A stretch of 64,000 nucleotides of DNA from Limisphaerales bacterium (GTDB taxonomy: Bacteria; Verrucomicrobiota; Verrucomicrobiia; Limisphaerales; CAZKNW01), in the NCBI GenBank assembly GCA_965658675.1, contig CBFHTT010000031.1:175716-239715 (forward strand), written 5' to 3'. The position numbers were made by a program, and so were the translations under genes. The notes beneath the pieces were generated by a model that ran no database searches, was not told where the DNA came from, and saw only the letters and a program-made list of their open reading frames with translations. Below, in pieces: positions 17,196-26,792 of the stretch; the stretch's first letter is position 1; each line of letters opens with the position of its first letter.

Positions 17196-19451
17196 CTATC
17201 GCCTACGTCGATTTCGGTTCTGTTTCTTCTTGGGGGAGAAACTCTGACTGCCGCCCTTCCCGCCTTTCTTTACTTCCTTGGCCGTGTCCTTTCCGCGCGG
17301 GCGAACCGAACTCGTGGCTCGTCCTTTGCGGGCACCACCTTCCTGAACCATCTGGAAGTCCACTTGCTTCTTGTAGGTGTCCACCTTGGTGACCTTGACC
17401 TTGATTCTGTCTCCTAGGGCAATCGTCTTCTTCCGGTGCTTCCCTACAAGTGCCATCTTCAATGGATCAAAGATGTAGAAATCGTCTTCCAATGATGAGG
17501 CACGGATCATCCCAGAAACACCCAAGGCATCCACTTCAGCAAAGAACCCTACATTACGGACGTCCGTCACGAAGGCTTCATAGACCTCACGCTTGCCACT
17601 GACCAATTGACGCTCCAGATACGCCAGCAACTTCACCCGCTTGCTGTCAAATTCAGCATCCGCTGAATTACGTTCTGTAAAACTGATATGATCCGCCGCG
17701 CCTGCCAGCTTCTTGGCCGGATAGCTCGTGCGACTGAACAAAACTCGATGAGCAATCAGATCTGCGTAGCGTCGGATCGGGGATGTGAAATGGAGATAGT
17801 CCTCTTTCGCCAATCCATAGTGCCCGATCGGTTCCACGGCATAACGCGCACGCTTCAATGAACGAAGGAACGCAATCCTCAACACCGGAGCCGCAGGATG
17901 CACCTTCAGCTTGGCGATCGCTCGTTGAGCAGCCTTCTGATTTCGGATCGAACCCACCTTGATACCGACTGCTTCCAACTTACCTGCAAACTCATCCAGC
18001 TTCTCTGGATCCGGTTCTTCATGAACACGATAAATCGCGTTGCGTTTGCGGCGCCTCAACTCAGCAGCCACTGCCTCATTGGCAAGCAACATGAATTCCT
18101 CGATCAACTGGTGACTTTCGTCGTTTTCCACCTTGATGACTTTGTCGAAATTTCCATCGTCATCTAGAATGATCTTGTTCTCAGGCGCTTCGAGTTCCAG
18201 TGCTCCCGAACGGAAGCGTGCCTTTCTCAACATCTGCGCCAGGCGGTTTGCATTAAGAAGCATTTTCTCAATCGGCGTCTCAGCCGGTTTGTCGCCCTTG
18301 AGATACTCGTAGGCTTCCTCGTAGCTGAACCGACGTTTCGAATGAATCACTGACGGGTAAAACTCGACCGCTTCGATCTGCCCATTCGTCCCGATGGTAA
18401 ACTCAGTGCATTTGGTCAAGCGATCCACATTGGGATTCAACGAACAAATCCCGTTACTCAATTGCTCAGGCAACATGGGAATCACGCGATCCACAAGATA
18501 AGTGGAGTTACCGCGAGCACGTGCCTCGTCGTCCAAAGCTGTTCCAGCCTTCACGTAATGGGACACATCAGCAATGTGAACCCATAGCCGCCAACATCCA
18601 TTGGCTTCCTTTTGCAGAAAGAAGGCATCGTCAAAATCTTTTGCGTCAAAGGGATCAATGGTGATGACATCATGATCCCGACAATCCTTACGGCCTCGCA
18701 GATCCGTCTTCGTCACCTTACTCGGCAGACGATCCACCTCAGCCAAAACATTCGCAGGAAACAGCTTGTTCAGATCGTAGTGGGTCAGGATGGAAAGCAT
18801 GTCCACGCCCGGTTCATCCGGACGTCCCAAACGCTCAACGATCGTTCCCTCAGGCGGCTGATGGCGACTCACCCAATCATCAATCTGCACCAACACCTTA
18901 TCGCCTGGACGACAGAAATTCTTACCTCTGCGCGGCGCATCCACAAAAATATCCAAAGGAATCCGTGGATCATCTGGGATCACAAAGAAGTAATGATCAC
19001 CACGCTTCAGCGTGCCCACCACCTTGGTCCGCGCACGCTCAAGGATCTGGATGACTTTTCCACGCGGTCCATCATGTTCCTTCCCTCTCCGGCGTTTGAC
19101 TCTCCATGCCGGCTCCTGAACCAAACGTACTAGCACGCGGTCATGCAGCATGCCCGTTCCAGTATGATTGGGGGCGATGTCCACAGGGCCTACCTGAATG
19201 TCATCCGGGTAAAGCGTCGCCGCACCACTCCGGTGCACCTGTAAACGCCCGACCACCAGATCTGCAACCTCAGGCATCGAGAAACGCTGTCCTTTGATCC
19301 GGACGATCTGCCCACTCTTCGTCAAAGCCGCCAGGACGTCAGATACCACATGCACTTCATCAGTGCGAAGCTTCGCGGAAATCTCCTCGGACGTCATGGG
19401 GACGTAATTCTTCCGACTCAACAGCCGAATAATCTTATCTTCGTAATCCAT
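17196..19451 (-). CDS. rnr: Ribonuclease R (RNase II/VacB family 3'-5' exoribonuclease)
   Basis: 751 aa. RNB catalytic region (ITIDPFDAKDFDDAF, HFTSPIRRYADLIAHR), a C-terminal S1 domain (GFFAEVDALGVSGMI) and a Lys/Arg-rich tail. Confidence 0.95.
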   Translation of the reverse strand: MDYEDKIIRLLSRKNYVPMTSEEISAKLRTDEVHVVSDVLAALTKSGQIVRIKGQRFSMPEVADLVVGRLQVHRSGAATLYPDDIQVGPVDIAPNHTGTGMLHDRVLVRLVQEPAWRVKRRRGKEHDGPRGKVIQILERARTKVVGTLKRGDHYFFVIPDDPRIPLDIFVDAPRRGKNFCRPGDKVLVQIDDWVSRHQPPEGTIVERLGRPDEPGVDMLSILTHYDLNKLFPANVLAEVDRLPSKVTKTDLRGRKDCRDHDVITIDPFDAKDFDDAFFLQKEANGCWRLWVHIADVSHYVKAGTALDDEARARGNSTYLVDRVIPMLPEQLSNGICSLNPNVDRLTKCTEFTIGTNGQIEAVEFYPSVIHSKRRFSYEEAYEYLKGDKPAETPIEKMLLNANRLAQMLRKARFRSGALELEAPENKIILDDDGNFDKVIKVENDESHQLIEEFMLLANEAVAAELRRRKRNAIYRVHEEPDPEKLDEFAGKLEAVGIKVGSIRNQKAAQRAIAKLKVHPAAPVLRIAFLRSLKRARYAVEPIGHYGLAKEDYLHFTSPIRRYADLIAHRVLFSRTSYPAKKLAGAADHISFTERNSADAEFDSKRVKLLAYLERQLVSGKREVYEAFVTDVRNVGFFAEVDALGVSGMIRASSLEDDFYIFDPLKMALVGKHRKKTIALGDRIKVKVTKVDTYKKQVDFQMVQEGGARKGRATSSVRPRGKDTAKEVKKGGKGGSQSFSPKKKQNRNRRRR

Positions 19452-19520
19452 GAATTAGTGTTACGACAGTCGCCATCTACTCAAACGATTGAAAGACAAA
19501 ACGGTGCCCAATCAGTGAAG

Positions 19521-20591
19521 CTATTTCTTGAGCTGGGAGATCAGAAATACAGTTACATTGTCATACTTCGTGATCTTGGGGCCTCCTCTATAGCTGACGT
19601 GACATTCGATCCCCAATCGATCCATCGCCTCCTTGAGCTTGATCCCAAGTCGTGGGTGATGAACCCACAGATTGGGAGACGAGTCCTTGCTCACCGGCAC
19701 ATCTCCCGAGCTGTAACTCAGAAACGCTGGCGGATCATCTTTCGTCAGATGAGTGATGGGTGACGCCTCAACCATCAAGGCAGACAGCGCTTCGGTGATT
19801 TTGATTTCATCCGATCCGGCAGGAATACCAAACAACGGACGCAAGGCAGGATGTTCCTGAATCCCTTTCACTCCAAACCACTCTTCGAACGTTCGAATAT
19901 CCAGAGTGCTCTGCCCTGCATTCGGAGCGATGGCAGCCAGTCGGGTTGATTCTCTCGCAATGGGATCATTGCTCTCCGGATCGGCAAGGTCTTCATGAAA
20001 CGCAAGCCACATGGACATGCAGGCACCGGCCGATCCTCCGGTTGCTGCGATGCGGGTCTTATCGAGATTGTATTTCTTTGAATGGAACCGAAGAAACTGA
20101 AGCGCTCTGCCACCATCATGCATCGCTGCTGGAAAAGGATATTTCCCACCTTCGGTCAAACGATAATTGATTGATGCCACACTGATGCCTGCATCAAGTA
20201 AGGGCTGAATAAGAGATCTGTTTTTACGATAGGACGATTTATCACCAGCTCTGAATCCACCTCCGTGAATACAAACGACCAGTGGTGTCGGCTCCTTGCT
20301 ATCAGCAATCCAAAGGTCGAGTTTATGCCGTTCGTGATCGCCATAAGGAACATCACTGTGAGTTGGAGTCAGTGTTGCCTGCTGCTTCTGATCCCCTCGC
20401 TGTTTTCGCCTCTGTTCCTGATAGGCTCGAACCTCGTCCGTGGTGAGTTTCCCATCCTTGTTCAGATCCGCCTCAGGAAACCTCTTGAGGAGCGACTCCA
20501 TCCGAGCCGCCTGATCTCGATTCTGCCCCTGAACAGAAACTGCCAATACCAATAGAATAAAAACAATCGTTCGGATTCCCATGAAAACCAA
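19521..20591 (-). CDS. Secreted alpha/beta-hydrolase-3 (HSL-type) esterase with N-terminal EF-hand
   Basis: Signal peptide, then EF-hand loop DLNKDGKLTTDE. HGGG oxyanion motif (VVCIHGGGFRAGD) and nucleophile elbow TGGSAGA. Confidence 0.75.
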   Translation of the reverse strand: MVFMGIRTIVFILLVLAVSVQGQNRDQAARMESLLKRFPEADLNKDGKLTTDEVRAYQEQRRKQRGDQKQQATLTPTHSDVPYGDHERHKLDLWIADSKEPTPLVVCIHGGGFRAGDKSSYRKNRSLIQPLLDAGISVASINYRLTEGGKYPFPAAMHDGGRALQFLRFHSKKYNLDKTRIAATGGSAGACMSMWLAFHEDLADPESNDPIARESTRLAAIAPNAGQSTLDIRTFEEWFGVKGIQEHPALRPLFGIPAGSDEIKITEALSALMVEASPITHLTKDDPPAFLSYSSGDVPVSKDSSPNLWVHHPRLGIKLKEAMDRLGIECHVSYRGGPKITKYDNVTVFLISQLKK

Positions 20592-20613
20592 GACGATCTA
20601 ATCCACTTGATGG

Positions 20614-21057
20614 TTACCAAAGGACATCAAAGTCCGGCGCACTCAGATTCTCGGAACCTTCTGTTTGTTCCTCTGCATCATTGCTTGCTCCCGGCCTCTG
20701 CATGGCTCGAGGCATCGGTGGATGAGGCGGAGCCAACCTTCCCATTCCAGGGCGCCGGGCCATGAAAGCCGGAGCCAGCGGTCTGTGCCGTGGGCGATAT
20801 TCTCCTGGTGCCAGACTGCCATCTCCATCCGCATCCAGAACGCGCAATGCCCCCACAGCGTCGTTCAGTTCCTCTTCACTGATCACGCCGTCATCATTTG
20901 CATCCAAGGCGAATATCAGAGGGGTCAAGGGAGCCTGTTCAGCATTGGCTGGAGGAGTCATGGGAGGAGCAACGTGACCTTGATGGCCCCGGGTGTAACC
21001 TACAGCAGCAAGCAGCACGGCTGTTATGGAGAGAAGCTGGGTCTTCAGTAATTTCAT
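20614..21057 (-). CDS. Small secreted EF-hand pair protein with Pro/Met/Arg/His-rich tail
   Basis: Signal peptide MKLLKTQLLSITAVLLAAVG. Loops DANDDGVISEEE and DADGDGSLAPGE. Tail RPRHRPLAPAFMARRPGMGRLAPPHPPMPRAMQRPG. Confidence 0.7.
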   Translation of the reverse strand: MKLLKTQLLSITAVLLAAVGYTRGHQGHVAPPMTPPANAEQAPLTPLIFALDANDDGVISEEELNDAVGALRVLDADGDGSLAPGEYRPRHRPLAPAFMARRPGMGRLAPPHPPMPRAMQRPGASNDAEEQTEGSENLSAPDFDVLW

Positions 21058-21152
21058 AGGCTCTACGCAAATATTTCGATCTGGATTTGCTATGACCCTG
21101 CTCCCTGAATGTTAAGCCATTATGAAGAATGACTGAAAAACTTGTAAAAAGC

Positions 21153-22736
21153 TCAAAGGATCATCCGAAACTCCGTGAGGTCTTCGCCGCTCTTCACCAG
21201 CTCCAAGGTCCCAGCATGGGCCCGGACAATCTCCAATGACAGACTCAGTCCAAGTCCAGTGCCTTCCACTTCCTTGTTTCGCGACGGATCTGCCCTGAAG
21301 AAACGATCGAACACCTTCTCACGATCCTTTTCAGGAACGCCAGTTCCAGTATTCGACACCGTCAAAACCTTGCGCCCTTCCTCGTCGGTCAAGGACACGC
21401 GGATGCTTCCATCGGGGCGATTGTATTTCACAGCATTGCTGAACAGGTTTTGAATCACCTGCTGCATGAGCGTGACATCCCCTTTGATCTTGAGTCCTGA
21501 AGTTATGTTGCTCTCCACCTTTAGCCCCTCGGCAAGGATGGAAAGATCCTCAACGTGATTCTCCACACAATCACTCAGCGAGAATTCCGCCTGATCAAGA
21601 CGCAGCTCACCGGTATCGGCCTGAGACAACAAAAGCAATTTCTGAACAATGGACTTCAACCGCTGGATCTCTTCCAGGAGTCCTCCCAACATTTTCTGCT
21701 CAGCTGAATTATCAGATGCATGTTGAAGTGCAGTCTCAATCTCACCCTGAAGAATCGCCAATGGTGTCTTGAGCTCATGAGACGCATCAGCACTGAAACG
21801 CGTCGCCTGATGAAAGCCGCTTTCGAGTCGACGCATCATACCATTGAACATCTCCACCAGGTTCTTGAAATCGCGGTCAAAGCCGGTCGTATCCAATCGC
21901 TGATCCAACCCCTTGGAATGAACGTTCTTCAATGCTGCGGAAAGCTCATTCACAGGTCGCAAGGCTCGTCCGGCAATCACCCATGCACCGCCACCAAGAA
22001 GAAACAGTCCCGCGGCAACGGTCAGGAGATATTGCTGGCGGAGCTCCTCCATACCTGAATTGAACAGGGTCATGTCAGCACCGATCATCAACGTATTGGC
22101 CGGATTCCCCATGATCGCAATCCGCCACTCAGTTCCATCCGGGCCAATGTGCGTATTCAACAAGGGGCGCTTCAACGGAAGATCCATCGGCTCTTCTCCA
22201 GGGCGTCGCCCTCCCCTGCGTCCAGGTCCACGGCCATCTTCAGGACCGTCCCTCTCAAACTCCTCCAACTCATCTCTGGGCGGTCTGCGTTCACCATCGC
22301 GCCCATCACCGAAACGAAAACGCCCGTCGCGACCACCATCTCCCAGACGTCCCGGTTTCCCCCGATTCCTTCGGTATTCAAGCAGGCGCTCTTCATGCCC
22401 CGGCAGATAATCCTGACTCGCTTCCAACGTGGATACATCAAGATTCTCCGGCCAGTATTCTGATTGGTGAGACATTCCCTCGCGCTGATCCACGAAGCTC
22501 ATTACATAGAACGGACGCTCTCCGCTGGACACAAGGCTCAGTGCTTCATCCAACCGCTCGTAATGCTGCCCACCATGACGCCGGGCCAGATTACCCTGTC
22601 CTAGATCGACGAGATCACGATCCACACGTGCCTTGTTCTCTCTCAGATTGAACTCCCACAAGACCCAACCCGTACCCAACAACAACACCGCGGAGATCAA
22701 TCCGGACAGCAATGCTATTTTGACGCGAAAGGACAT
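21153..22736 (-). CDS. Sensor histidine kinase (2 TM, periplasmic domain, HAMP, HisKA, HATPase_c)
   Basis: H-box DASHELKTPLAILQGEIE. N box NLFSNAVKYN. G boxes NTGTGVP and GTGLGLSL. It lies 9 nt downstream of the response regulator gene. Confidence 0.9.
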   Translation of the reverse strand: MSFRVKIALLSGLISAVLLLGTGWVLWEFNLRENKARVDRDLVDLGQGNLARRHGGQHYERLDEALSLVSSGERPFYVMSFVDQREGMSHQSEYWPENLDVSTLEASQDYLPGHEERLLEYRRNRGKPGRLGDGGRDGRFRFGDGRDGERRPPRDELEEFERDGPEDGRGPGRRGGRRPGEEPMDLPLKRPLLNTHIGPDGTEWRIAIMGNPANTLMIGADMTLFNSGMEELRQQYLLTVAAGLFLLGGGAWVIAGRALRPVNELSAALKNVHSKGLDQRLDTTGFDRDFKNLVEMFNGMMRRLESGFHQATRFSADASHELKTPLAILQGEIETALQHASDNSAEQKMLGGLLEEIQRLKSIVQKLLLLSQADTGELRLDQAEFSLSDCVENHVEDLSILAEGLKVESNITSGLKIKGDVTLMQQVIQNLFSNAVKYNRPDGSIRVSLTDEEGRKVLTVSNTGTGVPEKDREKVFDRFFRADPSRNKEVEGTGLGLSLSLEIVRAHAGTLELVKSGEDLTEFRMIL

Positions 22737-22745
22737 AGGGCTGGC

Positions 22746-23417
22746 TCAGGCTTTCTTAAATCGATATCCGACACCACGGACTGTTTCGATCAGCGGATTT
22801 GAAGGATCATCTGAAATTTTCTTACGCACCCTCTGGATATAGACATCCACAAGATTGGTCCCGGGATCGTGGTGGTATTCCCAGACCTGTTCACAAAGCT
22901 GTGTGCGGGAAAAGACACGCCCTGGTGTTCTCATCATGCAGGTCAACAGAGAGAACTCACGCGAAGTCAGTTCAACCTCCTCGCCATCCTTTTCCACTTC
23001 TCTCGAAAGCAGATCCACCTTGAGACCGTCCGCCTCCAATAGATTGGAACCACCGCCACCTGAACGTCGGATCAACGCGTGCAGGCGCGCCACCAGTTCA
23101 TCAATGTAAAAGGGTTTTGTGAGGTAATCATCCGCGCCATAGTTCAGGCCTTCCACACGCTCATTGATGGAACTCCTCGCAGTCAACAGAATCACAGGAA
23201 GGCTCTTCCCGTTTTCCCTCAACTGACGCACCACACTCAACCCGTCACGTCCGGTAAGCATGATATCCAGAACGATGGCATCATAGGACGATTCCAGGGC
23301 CATGGTGAGTCCCTCGGCGCCATCGTGGCAGACATCCGCCACGAAGCCCTGCTCCTCCAGCCCCTTCTTCACAAAAGAGGCGATCTTCTTTTCATCTTCG
23401 ACAACCAGGACCTTCAT
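22746..23417 (-). CDS. OmpR-family response regulator (CusR/CopR-like)
   Basis: Start at MKVLVVEDE. Receiver motifs DAIVLDIMLTGRDG and LTARS...GADDYLTKPF. Winged-helix C-terminus IETVRGVGYRF. Confidence 0.9.
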   Translation of the reverse strand: MKVLVVEDEKKIASFVKKGLEEQGFVADVCHDGAEGLTMALESSYDAIVLDIMLTGRDGLSVVRQLRENGKSLPVILLTARSSINERVEGLNYGADDYLTKPFYIDELVARLHALIRRSGGGGSNLLEADGLKVDLLSREVEKDGEEVELTSREFSLLTCMMRTPGRVFSRTQLCEQVWEYHHDPGTNLVDVYIQRVRKKISDDPSNPLIETVRGVGYRFKKA

Positions 23418-23499
23418 CGGTGCCCAAAATATAATCCACACCCACCTCTATCCGAAGCGAATTAGCATTACAGTTCTGTCATGAAGCGACGAACAGCTG

Positions 23500-24519
23500 T
23501 TAATCCTTGTTCTTCTTCCTCGGCCTGCCCTTGTTCTTGGAATGCTTCTTAGATTTGTTCCGACGCTTTGGTTTGGACTCCTTGTCGGATGAAGCACGGG
23601 AAGGTCTTTCATCCTCAGTGTCAGGTCGATCGTTGGGCTTTCGCTTGATCTGAGGAACGGGGATCACCTTCCGCTTTGCTGACACCTTCTTGCGTTCCGG
23701 CTTCCTACGTTCCGGCCTCGGCCGCTCAGGTCTCGTTCGCTCCGCCTCCTTCAATTCAGCCAAGGTCTCTGGACTCACATCTTCCTTGTCCGAGCCGAAT
23801 CCAAATGAGCTGAGCCATTTTTCATCATTGGTCTCGATCTTGATGTTCCGTTTTCTGAAAGGGTCCTTAAAGGCCACCCCAACGGCACGCAGTCCAAGAT
23901 ACACATGCTTCTGCTGACGGTGGCGATCATTCATCCGATCCGAATACAAAGGATCACCAACGATCGGATGCCCCGACTCCTGTAGATGCACGCGGATCTG
24001 ATGCGTCCGGCCTGTTTTGGGAAACGCCTCCACCAAGGTATTGGTCATTCCCCGTTTGAGCACGCGGAAGAACGTAAAGGCGTCCTTCCCTTCCTTATCC
24101 ACGACCACATGCACCGGCGTCTCCTTGAGCGTCATCAGCGGCGCATTGCAGAACCATTCATCCTTCTCAGGGTTTCCACGCACCACTGCCAGGTAGCGCT
24201 TCTCGATTCTGCGCTCTTGAAACATTTCAGAGTAAGCCTTGAGCCCGCCTTGCGAACGCGCCAAGAGCAACACCCCACTCGTATCCCCGTCCAGACGATG
24301 GATGTAACGGATGAACTTGATGTTCCGCGACTGCGCCCAGAAATCCCGATGCTGCACCGAAGACTCAAGCGCCAGTTGCAGATTTCGGCGTGTGTTAACC
24401 CAGTCATCCGGAGCCAGCATCCACCCGGGCGGCTTGTCTACTGCAAGCACGGCCGCATCTTCCCAAAGGATGGGAATGCGGATTTTGCCGGGGAGTTCGA
24501 TGAATTTTGGTTTAGCCAT
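23500..24519 (-). CDS. RluA-family pseudouridine synthase with long basic C-terminal tail
   Basis: Start at MAKPKFIELPG. Catalytic motif HRLDGDTSGVLLLA; also HQIRVH. The last roughly 95 aa are Lys/Arg/Pro/Glu-rich. Confidence 0.85.
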   Translation of the reverse strand: MAKPKFIELPGKIRIPILWEDAAVLAVDKPPGWMLAPDDWVNTRRNLQLALESSVQHRDFWAQSRNIKFIRYIHRLDGDTSGVLLLARSQGGLKAYSEMFQERRIEKRYLAVVRGNPEKDEWFCNAPLMTLKETPVHVVVDKEGKDAFTFFRVLKRGMTNTLVEAFPKTGRTHQIRVHLQESGHPIVGDPLYSDRMNDRHRQQKHVYLGLRAVGVAFKDPFRKRNIKIETNDEKWLSSFGFGSDKEDVSPETLAELKEAERTRPERPRPERRKPERKKVSAKRKVIPVPQIKRKPNDRPDTEDERPSRASSDKESKPKRRNKSKKHSKNKGRPRKKNKD

Positions 24520-24648
24520 ACAGTGCCAAAGGCGCGCGGAACGTATCAGGGTCGCCACCAAAGGCAATCCGACAGCAAGGAAAACATGGTTCTTTCAAGA
24601 TTTCCGCTTGCAGTGGCAACCCACTTTTAGCACTCTCCGCGGTCCCCG

Positions 24649-24722
24649 GGCGGGGTAGCCAAGTGGTAAGGCACGGCTCTGCAAAAGCTGCATCGTCGGT
24701 TCGATTCCGACCCTCGCCTCCA
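24649..24722 (+). tRNA. tRNA-Cys (anticodon GCA), CCA encoded
   Basis: 74 nt: GGCGGGGTAGCCAAGTGGTAAGGCACGGCTCTGCAAAAGCTGCATCGTCGGTTCGATTCCGACCCTCGCCTCCA. Acceptor stem GGCGGGG/CCTCGCC with one G-U pair. Anticodon stem CGGCT/AGCTG with loop CTGCAAA. T-arm GTCGG-TTCGATT-CCGAC. Confidence 0.9.
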
Positions 24723-24738
24723 ATTTCCTTCTTTTTAC

Positions 24739-25365
24739 CTACTTTCCCTCAGTCGAATCCCCTGCGGATTCATGCTCTGGAAGACAGATATTCCAATGGA
24801 CCGACATCAATCGCGTGGCAACAACAACACCGATTCCGGACGGTAAAGCCCATTGCTCAGAACCCGTCCAAGCCTTCACTCCGAAATAAACCCAGCAACC
24901 GACAAAGGCACAGGTCGCATAAAGCGGCGTGGCTTTGAACAGTCGCGGCACCTCATTGCAGATAACGTCACTGATCGCACCACCCGCCGTTCCCGTCACC
25001 ACACCCATCAGTGCAGCCAGAAAAAGAGACGTCCCTGCTTCGATGGCGTAATTCGCCCCAATGATTGCAAAGAGCCCGAGACCGATCGCATCAGGCACCT
25101 GCAACCAGTTTTCAAAGCCGTCCTTTCCTTTTTTGATCAGCGTGCTGGAAAGGGCGATCGTGAAGATGATCAGGGGATAGTGCTCATTGGCGATCCAGAA
25201 GAGCGGATGCCTGTTCAGGAAAAGATCTCTGAGAGTGCCGCCTGCGAAGGCAGTGATGAAGGCCACGGTGAAAACGCCGATGAAATCCAATCGATTCTTC
25301 CGCGCCAGCATGATGCCGAAAATCCCTGAAGAGATCACAGCGCTGAATTCGATCACCTGGAGCAT
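24739..25365 (-). CDS. TRIC / UPF0126-family membrane protein (YadS/YicG-like cation channel)
   Basis: 208 aa, 7 predicted TM helices. Two UPF0126-type repeats with a glycine-rich motif (FAGGTLRDLFL, VVTGTAGGAISDV). Confidence 0.8.
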   Translation of the reverse strand: MLQVIEFSAVISSGIFGIMLARKNRLDFIGVFTVAFITAFAGGTLRDLFLNRHPLFWIANEHYPLIIFTIALSSTLIKKGKDGFENWLQVPDAIGLGLFAIIGANYAIEAGTSLFLAALMGVVTGTAGGAISDVICNEVPRLFKATPLYATCAFVGCWVYFGVKAWTGSEQWALPSGIGVVVATRLMSVHWNICLPEHESAGDSTEGK

Positions 25366-25458
25366 GAATCTCCTGTGATCAAAGGATCGAAATCAGATGA
25401 GGGCACCTGCATGAGGTCCATCTAAATGACCCATGGCAGGATTATCAAGGAAGTGGAT

Positions 25459-26199
25459 TTAGAAATACTTCCCGAGAAAGTTCTCCTGACCGTGACCTGC
25501 GAGAATGTAGCTGTGGTCACCTTCGGTCCAGCTGGCGGTCACGATATTGTTCTGTGATGTGAACACCGGAGGCGACTCAGGTGGTGCCACCTGCAATGCC
25601 TCACGATTCACCACAAGCAGATGAACTGTATCGTGAATGTCATTACTGCGATCCTTGAAGCAGATCAGCGCGACCTTGTTACCATTCCAGTCCAAGACCT
25701 TGCAGCCCAATCCTGAAAGATGTTCCAGTCTCGCAGGCATGCTGAATTCCCCCGGACCAGCGCCCGATGCCAGCCAGACCCTGAGCTCATTCACATCATC
25801 ACTGCGCATGTCCAGAGTCTTCACCCCGTTCAAGACATCCACCATGTCTGTGTGATAACTCGCAAATTCCTTCTGGGATTTGTCTCTCAACTGCGTGACG
25901 CCCAAGGCGACCAGAAGAATCAAAGCCGCAGCCCATGCCATTGCCTCACGCCAATGAAAGCGCGGACGGATGGTGTGATTGCCACCAGCAAGGATGGACT
26001 CACGCAACCCATCAGGCACCGGGCATTCGCAGAGTTTGTCGCAGAGCATGCGGTCCAGTTCACGTTCCTGCTCCAGCCACTTGGCAAGTTCCGGGTCCGA
26101 CTTCGCCATGGCCAGCGCTTCCTGCGCCTGTGGCATATCATCGTCCTGTCCATCGGGCCGGAGGGAACTCAATATGAATTTGGCTTCGTTCTTATCCAT
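25459..26199 (-). CDS. Putative anti-sigma factor (single-pass membrane protein)
   Basis: The start MDKNEAKF overlaps the sigma-factor stop by 8 nt. It has a short cytoplasmic N-domain, a TM helix (AMAWAAALILLVALGV) and a periplasmic C-domain of about 140 aa. Confidence 0.6.
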   Translation of the reverse strand: MDKNEAKFILSSLRPDGQDDDMPQAQEALAMAKSDPELAKWLEQERELDRMLCDKLCECPVPDGLRESILAGGNHTIRPRFHWREAMAWAAALILLVALGVTQLRDKSQKEFASYHTDMVDVLNGVKTLDMRSDDVNELRVWLASGAGPGEFSMPARLEHLSGLGCKVLDWNGNKVALICFKDRSNDIHDTVHLLVVNREALQVAPPESPPVFTSQNNIVTASWTEGDHSYILAGHGQENFLGKYF

Positions 26200-26749
26200 T
26201 GGTTTGAGCGGCCTTTGTTTTGGATTTTGGTAGAGAAATAATGTTATCTTTTCCGGCACTGGCTTTGGCTTCGAGGATCTTTCGGATCTCAGCCTTACCT
26301 CTTGAGAGGCGGGACATCACCGTGCCGATCGGGATGTCCAACAGACCAGCAATTTCCTTATAGGCATGCTGTTCGATGTAAAAAAGCATCATGGGCGCGC
26401 GATAGAGTTCATCCAGCTCAAGCAACGCATCCATCACCGTGGTCCCATCCATTTCATTGACCACTTTCGGAGAGACAGAAGGCAACTCATGGCTGACCTC
26501 ATCATACTCCTGATGGGGAAATTTCACCTCACGCCGGCGCCCTCCGAGGAACGCCCTGTGAAGTGTGGTAAACAACCAGGACTTGGCTTTCGAGGCATCA
26601 CGGAGCTGATGTCCCTTTGACGCCCACAGAAAGAACGTCTGCTGAGTCAGGTCACTGGCAACCTCCTGGTTCTTGGCAAGACTCATCCCGAACCGAAACA
26701 ACGGCTCGTAATAATCATCCACCAATTTCTGAAAATCAGGTCTGTCCAC
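26192..26749 (-). CDS. ECF-type RNA polymerase sigma-70 factor
   Basis: Region 2 (YYEPLFRFGMSLAKNQEVASDLTQQTFFLW) and region 4 HTH (YKEIAGLLDIPIGTVMSRLSRGKAEIRKIL). GTG start. Confidence 0.9.
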   Translation of the reverse strand: MDRPDFQKLVDDYYEPLFRFGMSLAKNQEVASDLTQQTFFLWASKGHQLRDASKAKSWLFTTLHRAFLGGRRREVKFPHQEYDEVSHELPSVSPKVVNEMDGTTVMDALLELDELYRAPMMLFYIEQHAYKEIAGLLDIPIGTVMSRLSRGKAEIRKILEAKASAGKDNIISLPKSKTKAAQTNG

Positions 26750-26792
26750 GTTCTGTCAGAGTTTGCCCCACCCGTTTTATTCCAAAGATTCT

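Noticed and set aside
24649-24722. tRNA-Cys as the attachment site of a genomic island.
   Set aside because: No integrase is adjacent. By eye I found no duplicated copy of the tRNA 3' end elsewhere in the window. The flanking genes (RluA synthase, TRIC channel) are housekeeping-like.
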